Of a stretch of 64,000 nt of DNA, positions 31,021 to 41,972 are shown in pieces. How positions within the stretch are numbered: the stretch's first letter is position 1; each line of letters opens with the position of its first letter. The notes beneath the pieces are model-generated. The model had not been told where the DNA came from. It did no database searches and worked only from the letters and a program-made list of their open reading frames with translations. Both the position numbers and the translations under genes were made by a program. The stretch is from Promethearchaeota archaeon (lineage in GTDB: Archaea; Asgardarchaeota; Lokiarchaeia; Sigyniarchaeales; SOKP01), in assembly GCA_016840085.1 (NCBI GenBank), contig JAEOTA010000058.1, positions 33,083-97,082 on the forward strand, read 5' to 3'.

Positions 31021-31473
31021 TTATTCATTTGGATTATGAAGAGGATTGAAATTTTTAAACAACTCCTTTATTGCGTCATTTAATTCACTTACAATTTTTT
31101 CAGGATGCTTATCTGTAATAAAATATTTATTTTTAATGGTAGTATTCCCTTTTTTTATTTCAGAACCTATACATTTATATCTTAAAATTTGGGCTAAAAT
31201 ATTAAAGATACGGTAAGACAGTTTTGGTTCAAATTCATACAATTTTAACCCATTTCCTAAATCATGACTATAGATAAATTTGGTTATTCCCTTTCTTAGG
31301 ATATTAGGATCATAACCATAACCAAAAGCAAGTTTGGGTTTATCTTTCCTAAGCCTTTTGGAATTATTATTAAAAAGGTCATATTTAGGATTTTCGTCGC
31401 TATTTCTCTTATCATAAATCCATTTAGATAAATCAGATTGCTTTGTCGGATAATGTGTTTTTCTTAATCCCAT
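31021..31473 (-). CDS. Hypothetical protein
   Basis: 150-aa ORF with ATG and host-like composition. No motif recognised. Confidence 0.55.
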   Translation of the reverse strand: MGLRKTHYPTKQSDLSKWIYDKRNSDENPKYDLFNNNSKRLRKDKPKLAFGYGYDPNILRKGITKFIYSHDLGNGLKLYEFEPKLSYRIFNILAQILRYKCIGSEIKKGNTTIKNKYFITDKHPEKIVSELNDAIKELFKNFNPLHNPNE

Positions 31474-31663
31474 ATAGATCTACTTATAATAGATTAAATT
31501 AAATATATTTAATTATTAACCTATTATTCTAATGATAAAGTTAGCTTTTTTATTTAAAAAGGCATAGAAAAAAAGAGCTTTAAAATAAATATTTAATTAC
31601 AATTTAAAATATTAAATAATTACAAGATTAAGAAAATTCCAGATTTAATATTCATAATTTATT

Positions 31664-34600
31664 GTGGCATCTAATTTGCAGTCAATAAATCAATTACAAG
31701 GAATATTATCGGATTTAAAAATATTATTTAAGAAAAATAATATTCTTGCGAAAGATTTTACACAATTTTTAACTAAAATAAAAAGTCGAGAGGTCAAAAA
31801 TTATTTAGCTTCTTTAAGTAAAGGTTCTAAACCGGAAACAATTCTTCGAGAAGTTTTCTTTACTCTTAATTCAAGTTTTGCTCAATACCTCTTTAAAGAT
31901 GTGTTTCCTGAAGTATATCAAGAGGATGGTTTTTTTGATTATTTAATAAAAGAAAATCGAGAAGAAATAGCTCTTGAAATTAAACCTTTATATGACGGAA
32001 TAATTAAAAAAGAGAAAACTGGTAAAGTGTTTCAGAAAATTAAAAAGCTTAAATTAAATCCATCTGATCATACAAAACAGATTTTAAAATATCTTAATAC
32101 AACAAAAGATTATGTTGTACTTACAAATCTAGAGGAATGGTATTTTTTTAGCAAAAGTGCTTCATTAAACCAAGAATGTCAACCTTTTGGCTCTGTGCAG
32201 TTATTTGATTTGTTAGAAGATTTTCAAAAGGTGAAAGATTTTTGGCATTACTTAGACAAACAAGAGGATTTAGCATTAAAAGAACCATTAGACGAAAATT
32301 TTTTTGGGCACCTTAAAAATTGGGTTTCAGAGTTAAGTGAAGTTAATTTTGTAGTTGATGAGAATACAAAAACAGAATCAATCATTAATTTTATAAATAA
32401 ATTCATTTTTATTCAGTGCTTAGATAGTTTTTGGGTGATTGAAAAGAACTATATTAAAGAAGAATGGATAAACATCGAACGTAAATGGGCTGCTAAAAAT
32501 AAACCGCGGATTTTAAGGAAATTTTTGGAAGATATAAATGAATACTTTTATGAATTGTACGATACAGAATTATTTAAAATAAGTGAAGAAAATAAAACTA
32601 TCCTTGACTTCATTGAACATGATGAAGATAACATAAATCTATTTTATCAAAAACTCAAATTGGTATTAGGAATTGAATATGGTATTTCTGTTGATAGTTG
32701 GATCTCTGGCATAACAATATATAATTTTAGACGCATTGATGAAGACATATTAGGGAAATCTTATGAGACTTTTTTGGCAGAAATACGGAAGGAACAAGGT
32801 ATATTTTATACCCGTAAATATATAACACAATATATCGTAAATAATGTTATTAAGAATTATCTTGTTCCTTTTCTTAAGGATTTTGCTAAGAGTATAGAAA
32901 AAAAAGAATATGAAGAATGTAATGAAATACTCTCAAATTTATTTAATTTTAAGATAGTGGATCCTGCGTGTGGGTCTGGTTCTTTTTTAATTAAAGCATT
33001 AAGAATATTCTGGGAAGTATATACACATATCAATGAAATTATCGAGGATTATTATGGTAAATTCAATGATTTTAAAGGTCAAATAATAAGGCCAGATGAA
33101 ATCGAAAAGGAATTTCATGATATTTTAAAATTAAAGAATTTATTAGGTTATGATAATAAAAGAGAACTTATCTCCAAATTAATTATAAGGCATATCCATG
33201 GTGTTGATCTTGATAATAATGCGATAGAAGTTGCAAAACTAAATCTATGGTTGGAAGCGATAAAGCTAGCTCCGAAGGAATTTCGATATGATAGAGTTCC
33301 TGCAGACACAAACCATATACTTCCTGATTTAGAAATGAATCTATGTAATGGAGATTCCTTAGTAGGATTACCAGAGAATAGAATAATTGAAAAAATATTA
33401 ACTAATTATAAAGAAGAATTAACATCATTATCTACACTTAGGCATCAGTACGAAAAAGAACCATCTAAAATTGAATTAGTAAGAAAAATTGTTAATATAA
33501 AAGAAAAGATAAAAGTAGACTTGGATAAGTCACTTAGAGAATTTTTAAATGAAAATAAAATTGATTTAGACATTTTAGAATCAACAAAGCCCTTCTACTG
33601 GCCATTAGATTTTTGGTTTGTATATTTTGATGACTCATTAAAAGAAAAAGATACTGATGATATTGGATTTAATGCAATTATTGGTAATCCTCCTTATTTC
33701 TCAATACGTGGAAAAGGAACAGGTACTTTAACACAACATTACAGTTATAATTTCTTACAGAATGCACCACATTGGAAAGATCATTTTAGAAGCCAATCAG
33801 ATATTTACTATTATTTTACTATTAAATCGATTAAATTATTAAAGAAATTAGGAAGTTTTGGTTTTATTATTGAATCATATTGGCTTGAAAATGATTATGC
33901 TGATAAATTAAAAGAATTAATGTTAGCAAACTCAGCTATAAAAATATTAATCAATTTTGGTATTGCTAAGATTTTTGATGATGCTGATAATGATACATGT
34001 ATATTAATCTTTGAAAAAAATCAAGAAGAAATTCAAAATTTTAAATATGTATATTGTAAGAAAAATTTTTCTGTAGGCACTCAACAGCAAAATAATGAAA
34101 GATTAGTTAACAATGTTATTGAGAATATTACAAAAGAACAATTTTCTGATGAGTATATTGACATTTATTTGATTGAACAAAACACATTAGAAACAACGAA
34201 ATGGGTATTAGCAAAATCAGGAAAAAAAGAAATCCTTGAAAAAATTGAAAATAACAAGCAACAGCTTGGTGAATTGTGTAAAGTTGGACAAGGCGTGGTA
34301 CCTGGAAGAAAAGCTGAATTTCGGATCTCTTCAGACAGAGACGCAGGAAGTGCTGGGGGATACTGGATTAATATTGATGATAATTATTTAGAAGTGGTCG
34401 ATAAAAGAAATAATGAAACTCATAGATTGGAACCTCAATTTATTAAGCCGCTTATAACAAATAGTGGAATTAAAAAATACTATATAATAGAGAGTCAAGA
34501 TTATCTTATTTATACTATACCATTGCAAGATGGAAGATTTGAGACTGATGACTTTCCAGGAATCCTTAACTATCTAAGAGTATATGAGCAAGAACTTAGA

Positions 34601-35662
34601 GATAGATACGATTTTGATGAGGAAGAAGGTGATTATCCTTGGTATGGATATCAACGAATTCAAAATATAGACTTATTTGAAGATGCTGATGTAAAAATTT
34701 TATGTCCATATAGAGCCACTGAGAATAATTTTGCATTGGATGAGGTTGGATATTTTGGAACAACTGATGTGTATGCCATATTACCTAATCCTGAATTTGC
34801 TATTGATATAAATTATCTTCTAGGTATTTTAAACTCGAAAGTACTCACTTTTTGGTATAAAGAGGCAGGAAAATCTAAGGGACAAATTCTTGAATTTTTT
34901 GCTAATCCCTTGAGTCGAATACCAATATATCAAGGCTCTGATGAAGAACAAGCATGTTTAAGCCAATTAGTTATTCAAGTGTCAACATTTAAAAAAATCA
35001 ATCAAAAATTTCAACAGATATGGTCGAATATATCACAGAGATATAGAAATGGAAAAATAACCCTTGAAAGCCTAACTTTGGATGATAGGGTGAAAGTTCA
35101 AAAAGGTGAGTTTGATAAAATTTGGATTTCAGATATCTCTATTTTTCCTAATAGTGAAAATGATGAATTGACAGAAGAATTTAAAAAATTTAGAGTCTCT
35201 ATTCTTGAAGAAGCTAAATTAAGGATTTATGGAATTAAGGATTCTACAGAGAAACTTCTTTTAGAATTAGAGACTAACATATCTGATTTTAGAGATATAA
35301 TTTATCTTGAAATTCTCCAGTTATTAAATTCAAGAAAAAAGGTTAAAAACTTAAAACATATTTCTTCAAAAACAGAAATTTCTATTATTAAACCAAATAT
35401 TTGGGAAAGATCATTCAATCTACTTAGATATGCCAAGGCAATATTTGAAAGGTGGATTAACAATAATAATATAGATGTAGAATTAGAAAATGTTGTTCAA
35501 TCAGACAACAAAATCCAAGATTTAGAGAATTTGATAGATGCTATTGTCTTTAAATATTATAGTTTAAAAAAAGCAGATATTGATATGATATTAGTTTCTC
35601 TAAACACTGTTCCACGATTAAAATTAGACATCATTCATAAATTTGAGAGATTAACCAAATAA
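31664..35662 (+). CDS. Type IIG (Eco57I/TaqI-like) restriction endonuclease-N6 adenine methyltransferase fusion
   Basis: N-terminal GFFDYL...LEIK...VLTN (PD-(D/E)xK), GIFYTRKY, VDPACGSGSFL, HGVDLD, CNGDSL, IGNPPY, TRD with YLLGILNS. Confidence 0.92.
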   Translation: MASNLQSINQLQGILSDLKILFKKNNILAKDFTQFLTKIKSREVKNYLASLSKGSKPETILREVFFTLNSSFAQYLFKDVFPEVYQEDGFFDYLIKENREEIALEIKPLYDGIIKKEKTGKVFQKIKKLKLNPSDHTKQILKYLNTTKDYVVLTNLEEWYFFSKSASLNQECQPFGSVQLFDLLEDFQKVKDFWHYLDKQEDLALKEPLDENFFGHLKNWVSELSEVNFVVDENTKTESIINFINKFIFIQCLDSFWVIEKNYIKEEWINIERKWAAKNKPRILRKFLEDINEYFYELYDTELFKISEENKTILDFIEHDEDNINLFYQKLKLVLGIEYGISVDSWISGITIYNFRRIDEDILGKSYETFLAEIRKEQGIFYTRKYITQYIVNNVIKNYLVPFLKDFAKSIEKKEYEECNEILSNLFNFKIVDPACGSGSFLIKALRIFWEVYTHINEIIEDYYGKFNDFKGQIIRPDEIEKEFHDILKLKNLLGYDNKRELISKLIIRHIHGVDLDNNAIEVAKLNLWLEAIKLAPKEFRYDRVPADTNHILPDLEMNLCNGDSLVGLPENRIIEKILTNYKEELTSLSTLRHQYEKEPSKIELVRKIVNIKEKIKVDLDKSLREFLNENKIDLDILESTKPFYWPLDFWFVYFDDSLKEKDTDDIGFNAIIGNPPYFSIRGKGTGTLTQHYSYNFLQNAPHWKDHFRSQSDIYYYFTIKSIKLLKKLGSFGFIIESYWLENDYADKLKELMLANSAIKILINFGIAKIFDDADNDTCILIFEKNQEEIQNFKYVYCKKNFSVGTQQQNNERLVNNVIENITKEQFSDEYIDIYLIEQNTLETTKWVLAKSGKKEILEKIENNKQQLGELCKVGQGVVPGRKAEFRISSDRDAGSAGGYWINIDDNYLEVVDKRNNETHRLEPQFIKPLITNSGIKKYYIIESQDYLIYTIPLQDGRFETDDFPGILNYLRVYEQELRDRYDFDEEEGDYPWYGYQRIQNIDLFEDADVKILCPYRATENNFALDEVGYFGTTDVYAILPNPEFAIDINYLLGILNSKVLTFWYKEAGKSKGQILEFFANPLSRIPIYQGSDEEQACLSQLVIQVSTFKKINQKFQQIWSNISQRYRNGKITLESLTLDDRVKVQKGEFDKIWISDISIFPNSENDELTEEFKKFRVSILEEAKLRIYGIKDSTEKLLLELETNISDFRDIIYLEILQLLNSRKKVKNLKHISSKTEISIIKPNIWERSFNLLRYAKAIFERWINNNNIDVELENVVQSDNKIQDLENLIDAIVFKYYSLKKADIDMILVSLNTVPRLKLDIIHKFERLTK

Positions 35663-35834
35663 TAGCAGAAATAGTAAAAATTATTTAAACTTTTAAAGTT
35701 TAAATTTTAAAAGAAAGAATTCATGAGGGTCTGTTGTTATACTTCATGTGACAGGCAATACTTTAGTGTCTATAATAAGAGAAAATTCTCTCTTCAATAA
35801 AGTTTATTACCATGGATAAAAGGCAAAAGAAATT

Positions 35835-36776
35835 TTACATTAAAAGAAATATTACGCTTATTAAGTTTTTGATTTTATGTCTTTCAATAAATTTAATAAT
35901 AAAAGCAATTAGTATAATAACTGATAAACCAAATACCAAAATAGATGTAAAATCAATAATGATTTGCTTATTATCTTCATTTGTCTCTTGTTCAAAATTT
36001 TCTTGAAAAAGATTACCGAAACAATTAATTTCTACTATGCTTTCAATATTTCCGTCCCCTATATTAAATCCTACTTGATTATAATTCGAATTATCCAATA
36101 GAATCGCTATATTATGATTATTTATTGAATTATTATTGATAACATTATGATTTGAAAATAGAAGAGTAATTCCTGAATTATTATTATAGTGAATATTATT
36201 TCTAGAAATTTTATTAAAGCTTGAGTTGGCTAAAGATATTCCGCTACGAGAATTTGTAGAAAAATAACAATAATCTACACTACAATTATGTGAATCATAA
36301 AAGAATATACCTATTTCACTTAAAGATACAGAGCTTTTGCTTATAGAATTGTTGAAAGAGTGGTCGAAATAAATGCCATATTTCTTATTTTCAAGGCACC
36401 TACTAGAATTAATAAATCCATTAGATACGTTAATTAGATAAATACCCATATCGGTTCCAGTGACAGAACAGTTATTTAAAATGAAATATTGAGTTGTATT
36501 ATTAATATAAATTCCATATGTAGAACCATTACCAATCACGATTAAATCTTTAATAATATAAGGAGAAGATTTACTTCCATCTCCTGAAGATGCAATAAGG
36601 GATAATTCATTATCTCCATCAATTAAAATTGGACTAATTGTTGAAATGTCTAAATTGCTTTTATTTGGATATGAGGAAATACTCTTTTTGCTAATAATGA
36701 CAAAAAAATAAAGAGAGAACACCAAAAAAACTGTTAAGAAGAATACTTTTAATTTAACTGATTTATTATTTATCAA
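35835..36776 (-). CDS. Secreted parallel beta-helix (NosD-like) protein with C-terminal TM
   Basis: SGDGSKSSPYII, GIY..nS.nN.I repeats, C-terminal TM (no IPGY). Confidence 0.82.
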   Translation of the reverse strand: MINNKSVKLKVFFLTVFLVFSLYFFVIISKKSISSYPNKSNLDISTISPILIDGDNELSLIASSGDGSKSSPYIIKDLIVIGNGSTYGIYINNTTQYFILNNCSVTGTDMGIYLINVSNGFINSSRCLENKKYGIYFDHSFNNSISKSSVSLSEIGIFFYDSHNCSVDYCYFSTNSRSGISLANSSFNKISRNNIHYNNNSGITLLFSNHNVINNNSINNHNIAILLDNSNYNQVGFNIGDGNIESIVEINCFGNLFQENFEQETNEDNKQIIIDFTSILVFGLSVIILIAFIIKFIERHKIKNLISVIFLLM

Positions 36777-36789
36777 ATTGTTCCACAGC

Positions 36790-37566
36790 TCACTTAATAT
36801 GTTTTAAATATTTTCTAGTCCTAGATTTCTTAGGAGCCTTCTTTTTTTGTCTATATTTATAAATAATTACAAATCCGATTAGACTTAAAATACTTGCAAT
36901 TACAATAAAAAGAATAATAAAACTATGAAACGGTTCCTGTTGCTTATATGATTTAATAAGAACCTTCGATAATGCCACTTGATTATCACATAATATATTA
37001 TACTCTTCTAAGATTCCTTGAGTATTATATTGATATTTAGTTGTGTCTTTATATCCAATAGGAGTAAAATCAAAATTAATGCTCTTATCATTAATGTAGC
37101 ATGTATCATTGAATAAATCTGGGATATAACTATCGAAATTTAATAAATATTCTGTTACATCTATAGGAAGGAAGTCTAAGAATACATCGCTTGAATTGAA
37201 AACTGAATTTGAAAAAAGTTCTGGTGATCTAAAGCAAATAGTCTGCAAATTACCTGAATATTCATCCAAATTGTCTCCTGTAAAAAGATTTGCACTTATT
37301 GTCCAATTAGTTTTTTGACTTTTAATATTGTTAATAACCCATTTTATAGCAAATCCCTCTGGAATATCAATTAATTCATTATAACTATAATCATATTCCG
37401 CAAGAATGTCCAATAAAGTTGTATTCACAGTGGAAAACTCGTAAATTAAGACGGTTCCCTCCTTAAAACCAAGTTTATATTGACTATTTGAAAAAGAGAA
37501 TCTAATAGGAATAGTGAAAATAACAACAAATAGTAAAAAAATGATACGTGTTGTTTTTAACTTCAT
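36790..37566 (-). CDS. Secreted, C-terminally anchored hypothetical protein
   Basis: Signal peptide, YNTQGILE, C-terminal TM followed by a basic tail. Confidence 0.7.
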   Translation of the reverse strand: MKLKTTRIIFLLFVVIFTIPIRFSFSNSQYKLGFKEGTVLIYEFSTVNTTLLDILAEYDYSYNELIDIPEGFAIKWVINNIKSQKTNWTISANLFTGDNLDEYSGNLQTICFRSPELFSNSVFNSSDVFLDFLPIDVTEYLLNFDSYIPDLFNDTCYINDKSINFDFTPIGYKDTTKYQYNTQGILEEYNILCDNQVALSKVLIKSYKQQEPFHSFIILFIVIASILSLIGFVIIYKYRQKKKAPKKSRTRKYLKHIK

Positions 37567-37568
37567 CC

Positions 37569-40064
37569 TTACAAATAATTTAAGTATTTAATTATATAAT
37601 TAACAAAATTTGCGTAATCTTCCTTACTATACTTCACTCCTAACCTAAATAAGTCATTTAAATATCGAATATGAGTCTTTAAAGCTAAAGGATAAGCAAA
37701 AAACAAAGCAATTAGTAAGGTAATAAGAAAATAAATAAAATTGATAAAAATTAATAAGAGACTAAAAACAATTAATGCAATTAAAATCCATCGAGAAAAT
37801 AGGTTAAATCTTTCGCTCCTTTTAAATTTATTAAAAAGTTCTTTTATACTAACATTTTCTTGACGAAACTTCTTTCTATCATGTCTAAAATCACTCTTAG
37901 GAGTCACCTCATCTTCAGCTTTCTTATATCTAGATATAGACAATAGAATTCTATAGTAAATATCTCGTGAGATCCTCTCATTTCTAATGGAATGACGCTT
38001 ACGATAAGTATAAAAAATTAATAAACCAAAAAATAATGATAAGATAATAGAATCAATGAAATCAAATAATATAATGATATCAAAAATTCGTAATACCAAC
38101 TGTAAGAAAAGAAAGATCATTATGAAGTGAATTGGAACGATGAATAAAAGACGAAAGTATCTATCATTATTAATGGATAATTTATAAAGCTGCTCTAACG
38201 AATATTTATCATATTTAGATGAAGGTTTGTAAAATGAATGATAACAAAAGACGCAAAACCTATTATTCGTGATTATTAGTCCTCCACATTGTGGGCAATT
38301 ATTAAACTCTATAAGTTCAGAAAATCCTTGTTCTTGACAATTTTTACATATTGAAGTAGATTCAAACTTAATTCCTGTTCCACAAATCGTACAATACTTT
38401 AACTCTTCAACATCTGTATCTGCAAATACTTCTTCAGAAGATCTACTTGGCAGCACTTCTTCTTTTGAATAATCAACAATCTCTAATTCTTCCAATCCTA
38501 ACAATTTATCTGCTTTTGGTGTTAAAGTATAAGTAAAAAAAGATTGTTGATGTCGGTCTTCTAATTTCTGAGATTCAAGAAAGTAATTAGTTACTAGAGA
38601 GTCCATGTAATTTAAATTCAATTTCACATCAGGATTGAATACCTTAGAAATACTATTTTCCTCAAAATATTTCTTTATTTGCGATAAAGAGGTATCCCCC
38701 CCCTCTAAACTAATGGAATTAATTGCTGTAAAAATCATTTTATTAAACTCATCTGCGTCTTTTGATACAGTAGGAGCTTTGCTTAACATCCTTTCTTCTT
38801 GTATTATGACTTTGTTATAATGAATCTTATATTTTGAAAAATTAAATAAATCAATTAATTTTAGAGCAATAAAAGATAAATAAAGAGCCATAGGTGGAAT
38901 ATATGAAGGAAAAGTATCTCTAACCACAATTGCGTTTTCTCCAATTTTATATGTAATTATGGCAGTTAGTAAAAAAGTCAAAATATAAGTGAACAAAAAG
39001 ATAGACACTATGAATGATCGAATTCCCTCCTGTATGGAATATTTACGATATTTTCTAGAGTATAATGAAGGTAATAAACTAGCTATATACAAAAGAATTA
39101 AGATAAGAATTGAAAGCCATATTGAAATCTCATATCTTAAAATATATGCTTTTGATACTATAGAAGATCTCCTTTGATTATATAACAAATAAATATCTAA
39201 AATGACAATGGAGATTGTATATAAGAAGATCTTTACTGTTGTCTTAAGGATGTTCTTTCTTTTTAAAGGATCTTTTGGCCTTAAGTGTTTAAGATTTACA
39301 GACTTCTTCTTTCTACTAGTCCCTCTACCATGAATTACTAGAATTGACACAATTACTATTAAAGAAAAGGTTGACCATAGTAATATTAAAAAAGGAATAT
39401 ATAAACTATTCTCTCTATAAGTACTAACATATCCACGCTGGATCTGTATTCCTGACTCCTCAACTCCACTCGATAAATTAATATCTGAAATCAAAATTCT
39501 ATCCCTTTCTACCCAAGACATATAAAAGGATAACTCAATATCCATTAATAGAGTAATTTCTTTTGTTTCATCTCCCTCCATTAGAAACTGACCAATATTG
39601 TTCCAATTAAAACTCGAATAATCTTCAAATATTGTATCTGAAAAACTTTTACTTGCTCTTAGAGAATAAGAATTTATCGACGTCTCAAGAATAATAGCCT
39701 GCGTCTCTTTTTGAGACTTCTTATCTGTATAATTTAGTCTAAGAGAAATGCTAATTTCAATATCTTCTAAATTATAGAATCCAGAATTCTTAATTTTATA
39801 TGGAAAACTAAGATAAACCTCCTGTGGTTCGCTAAAGTTAAGATTCATCTCCACAGGTGCACTTGGAATTTCGAGTTCTTTATATACTTGGGTAATAGAA
39901 ATTTGCTGGAAATACGTAGGAAGAAAAATTAAAAATAATCCTACAATAAATAAAGTAGGTTTAAGTATCATTTTTAGCTCAGTCCATCTTCTTGGAAAAG
40001 AGGGCCAATCTTTCATTGATTTCCATTTCTTTCCAAAATAATGTACTCTACTTTTAATGTTCAT
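37569..40064 (-). CDS. Multidomain membrane protein (extracellular beta domain, TMs, possible winged helix, double zinc ribbon)
   Basis: Several TM clusters, CTICG..CKNC and CPQCG..CVFC, and an SLSQIKKYF...YTLTPKA segment resembling a wHTH. Confidence 0.7.
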   Translation of the reverse strand: MNIKSRVHYFGKKWKSMKDWPSFPRRWTELKMILKPTLFIVGLFLIFLPTYFQQISITQVYKELEIPSAPVEMNLNFSEPQEVYLSFPYKIKNSGFYNLEDIEISISLRLNYTDKKSQKETQAIILETSINSYSLRASKSFSDTIFEDYSSFNWNNIGQFLMEGDETKEITLLMDIELSFYMSWVERDRILISDINLSSGVEESGIQIQRGYVSTYRENSLYIPFLILLWSTFSLIVIVSILVIHGRGTSRKKKSVNLKHLRPKDPLKRKNILKTTVKIFLYTISIVILDIYLLYNQRRSSIVSKAYILRYEISIWLSILILILLYIASLLPSLYSRKYRKYSIQEGIRSFIVSIFLFTYILTFLLTAIITYKIGENAIVVRDTFPSYIPPMALYLSFIALKLIDLFNFSKYKIHYNKVIIQEERMLSKAPTVSKDADEFNKMIFTAINSISLEGGDTSLSQIKKYFEENSISKVFNPDVKLNLNYMDSLVTNYFLESQKLEDRHQQSFFTYTLTPKADKLLGLEELEIVDYSKEEVLPSRSSEEVFADTDVEELKYCTICGTGIKFESTSICKNCQEQGFSELIEFNNCPQCGGLIITNNRFCVFCYHSFYKPSSKYDKYSLEQLYKLSINNDRYFRLLFIVPIHFIMIFLFLQLVLRIFDIIILFDFIDSIILSLFFGLLIFYTYRKRHSIRNERISRDIYYRILLSISRYKKAEDEVTPKSDFRHDRKKFRQENVSIKELFNKFKRSERFNLFSRWILIALIVFSLLLIFINFIYFLITLLIALFFAYPLALKTHIRYLNDLFRLGVKYSKEDYANFVNYIIKYLNYL

Positions 40065-40274
40065 GAAATCTTAAATTTTTCTTTAAACTGGATTATTACT
40101 ATATTAACATCAACATACTAATATAAATCATATTTATTTCTTTTGATAATAAACTTAATTTTAAATTGTCTTGTTTAATAGTTATTAAAAATTTCGCTAC
40201 ATTTTGAACTTCTAAAAAGTCTCTAAAATTAGAATTAAGAAAATAGAAGAATTTATTATTATAAAATAAAAAGA

Positions 40275-40334
40275 GACTCCTACCAGAAAAGTCTTTTCTG
40301 GCAAGAGGAAAACTTATCGGATCTGGTAGGAGTC
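40275..40334. repeat. Stem-loop element, copy 1 (13-bp inverted repeat)
   Basis: GACTCCTACCAGA (40275-40287) / TCTGGTAGGAGTC (40322-40334). Related element at 63672-63792. Confidence 0.8.
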
Positions 40335-40367
40335 ATTATGTTATAAAATTAATAAAAAATATATTTT

Positions 40368-41525
40368 TTAAATACTTTTTCCATAAATATCAATATTTCC
40401 AGTTGTAGCACTTAAATCTAATGAGTAAATATAATTTGATGTGGTAATATAATCCAAGGAACCGAATCCTCCTAATAGTTCTAAGAAATTTCCTAAATCA
40501 TGATAATCAATATTACCTGTATCTGTATTAGCTGTATAAAATGAACCTACCATAGGACTTGTATCCTCAAAATCTATTCTAATGTTCCCAGTGGTAACAT
40601 CAACTGTTCCTGTTACATTATTTAACATTTCTGAATGTTGGTAGATTTGAATTATAACATTTCCTGTTGTCGCATCAATATCCCAATTGCTTGATTGTAT
40701 ATATATCATTTTGTAAGTTTTCATAGTTATTTTTCCTGTATCAGTTTTTCCTCGGATATTTCCTCCTATTTTACAGCTTGTAAAATTTAAATTTACATAT
40801 CCAGTAGTAGCTATAGCTTTAAAATCAGTTGTGATAGTTGTGTTCTTAGCAAAAAAGTCTATTGAACCAGTTGTAGCCTCTAGACTAATGTCAGTCCCAA
40901 TTATACTATTATCTAAATTCACTTCAATATTTCCAGTAGTCACTTTAACTTTCAAATTATTTGTAATTTCATTATTATTAGCGTTGAAATCTATTGAACC
41001 TGTAGTAACTTCTAAATCAAGTGTATCTACACTTATATTCTCTGGTACATTTATATCTATATCTCCAGTAGTAGCATCAGCATTAATATCAAAAACTACG
41101 TCAGTCCTAAGAGTAACATTGATAATTACTTTAGATGTAATAGAAAAAAATATCCAAGAAAGTTCTTTGGTTTCTAAAGAAAATGTTATTACTGAAGTAC
41201 TTTCATTTATCCATACTATCGGTTTGAAAATATCAGAGAAGGATTTTCCTTTCACTAAAGGTCCTCTAACAAGGATATCTACATCTAAATCCGCATAATG
41301 ATCCATAGGTGTCGAATTATACTTAATATTAATATTACCAATATCTGTATTTACTTTAATACTCTTCACAGGTGATGGAGTATCTGGTTTATAAGAAAAA
41401 TTATAAGAATCCTCAAATTTACCCCATGTTGTTGCCATTACAAGACCAAATGTTACTCCCCCACCAACAATAATTATGGAAATTATAAGTAAAGCTATTT
41501 TTCCACCTTTTCTCATTTTTCTCAA
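40368..41525 (-). CDS. DUF4097 / adhesin-like beta-strand repeat protein
   Basis: N-terminal TM and repeated 'l.atTG.I.i' units. Confidence 0.8.
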   Translation of the reverse strand: MRKMRKGGKIALLIISIIIVGGGVTFGLVMATTWGKFEDSYNFSYKPDTPSPVKSIKVNTDIGNINIKYNSTPMDHYADLDVDILVRGPLVKGKSFSDIFKPIVWINESTSVITFSLETKELSWIFFSITSKVIINVTLRTDVVFDINADATTGDIDINVPENISVDTLDLEVTTGSIDFNANNNEITNNLKVKVTTGNIEVNLDNSIIGTDISLEATTGSIDFFAKNTTITTDFKAIATTGYVNLNFTSCKIGGNIRGKTDTGKITMKTYKMIYIQSSNWDIDATTGNVIIQIYQHSEMLNNVTGTVDVTTGNIRIDFEDTSPMVGSFYTANTDTGNIDYHDLGNFLELLGGFGSLDYITTSNYIYSLDLSATTGNIDIYGKSI

Positions 41526-41628
41526 CTTTTTTAAGATTTTTTATTATTAAAATTAGACAGTGATAATTAGTATTTAAATAAAATTTAGTCTAATTTTTGA
41601 GAATTTTTCTTATGGAATATAAATTAAT

Positions 41629-41961
41629 TCAAAAATAAATTATATTTAAAATATTGTTAAGTATTAGGAATAACTGCCAAATATTTAATATAGTAAGTCC
41701 AATAATAATTTCTATAGCTAAAAATTTTAATTTATATTTATTACATACATATCCAGCAATGATAAATATAATTGAAAAAATAATAAGGAGTACCGCTGAA
41801 ACTACTGGAAGATTTAGTACCATGGGATTATGCTCAGTGACCCCTGGAGATTGAATAGCAATTAAAGTTGTAATTAAGTCTAATGCTTTCAACCCAACAG
41901 TAAGAATACAATAACCAAAACTAAAATTATAAATATTAATCTTTATTGAACTTTCTTTCAT
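41629..41961 (-). CDS. Small membrane protein (DUF5658-like)
   Basis: LDLITT...EHNP motif with three TMs and a terminal NN. Confidence 0.65.
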   Translation of the reverse strand: MKESSIKINIYNFSFGYCILTVGLKALDLITTLIAIQSPGVTEHNPMVLNLPVVSAVLLIIFSIIFIIAGYVCNKYKLKFLAIEIIIGLTILNIWQLFLILNNILNIIYF

Positions 41962-41972
41962 ATAACATTCAT

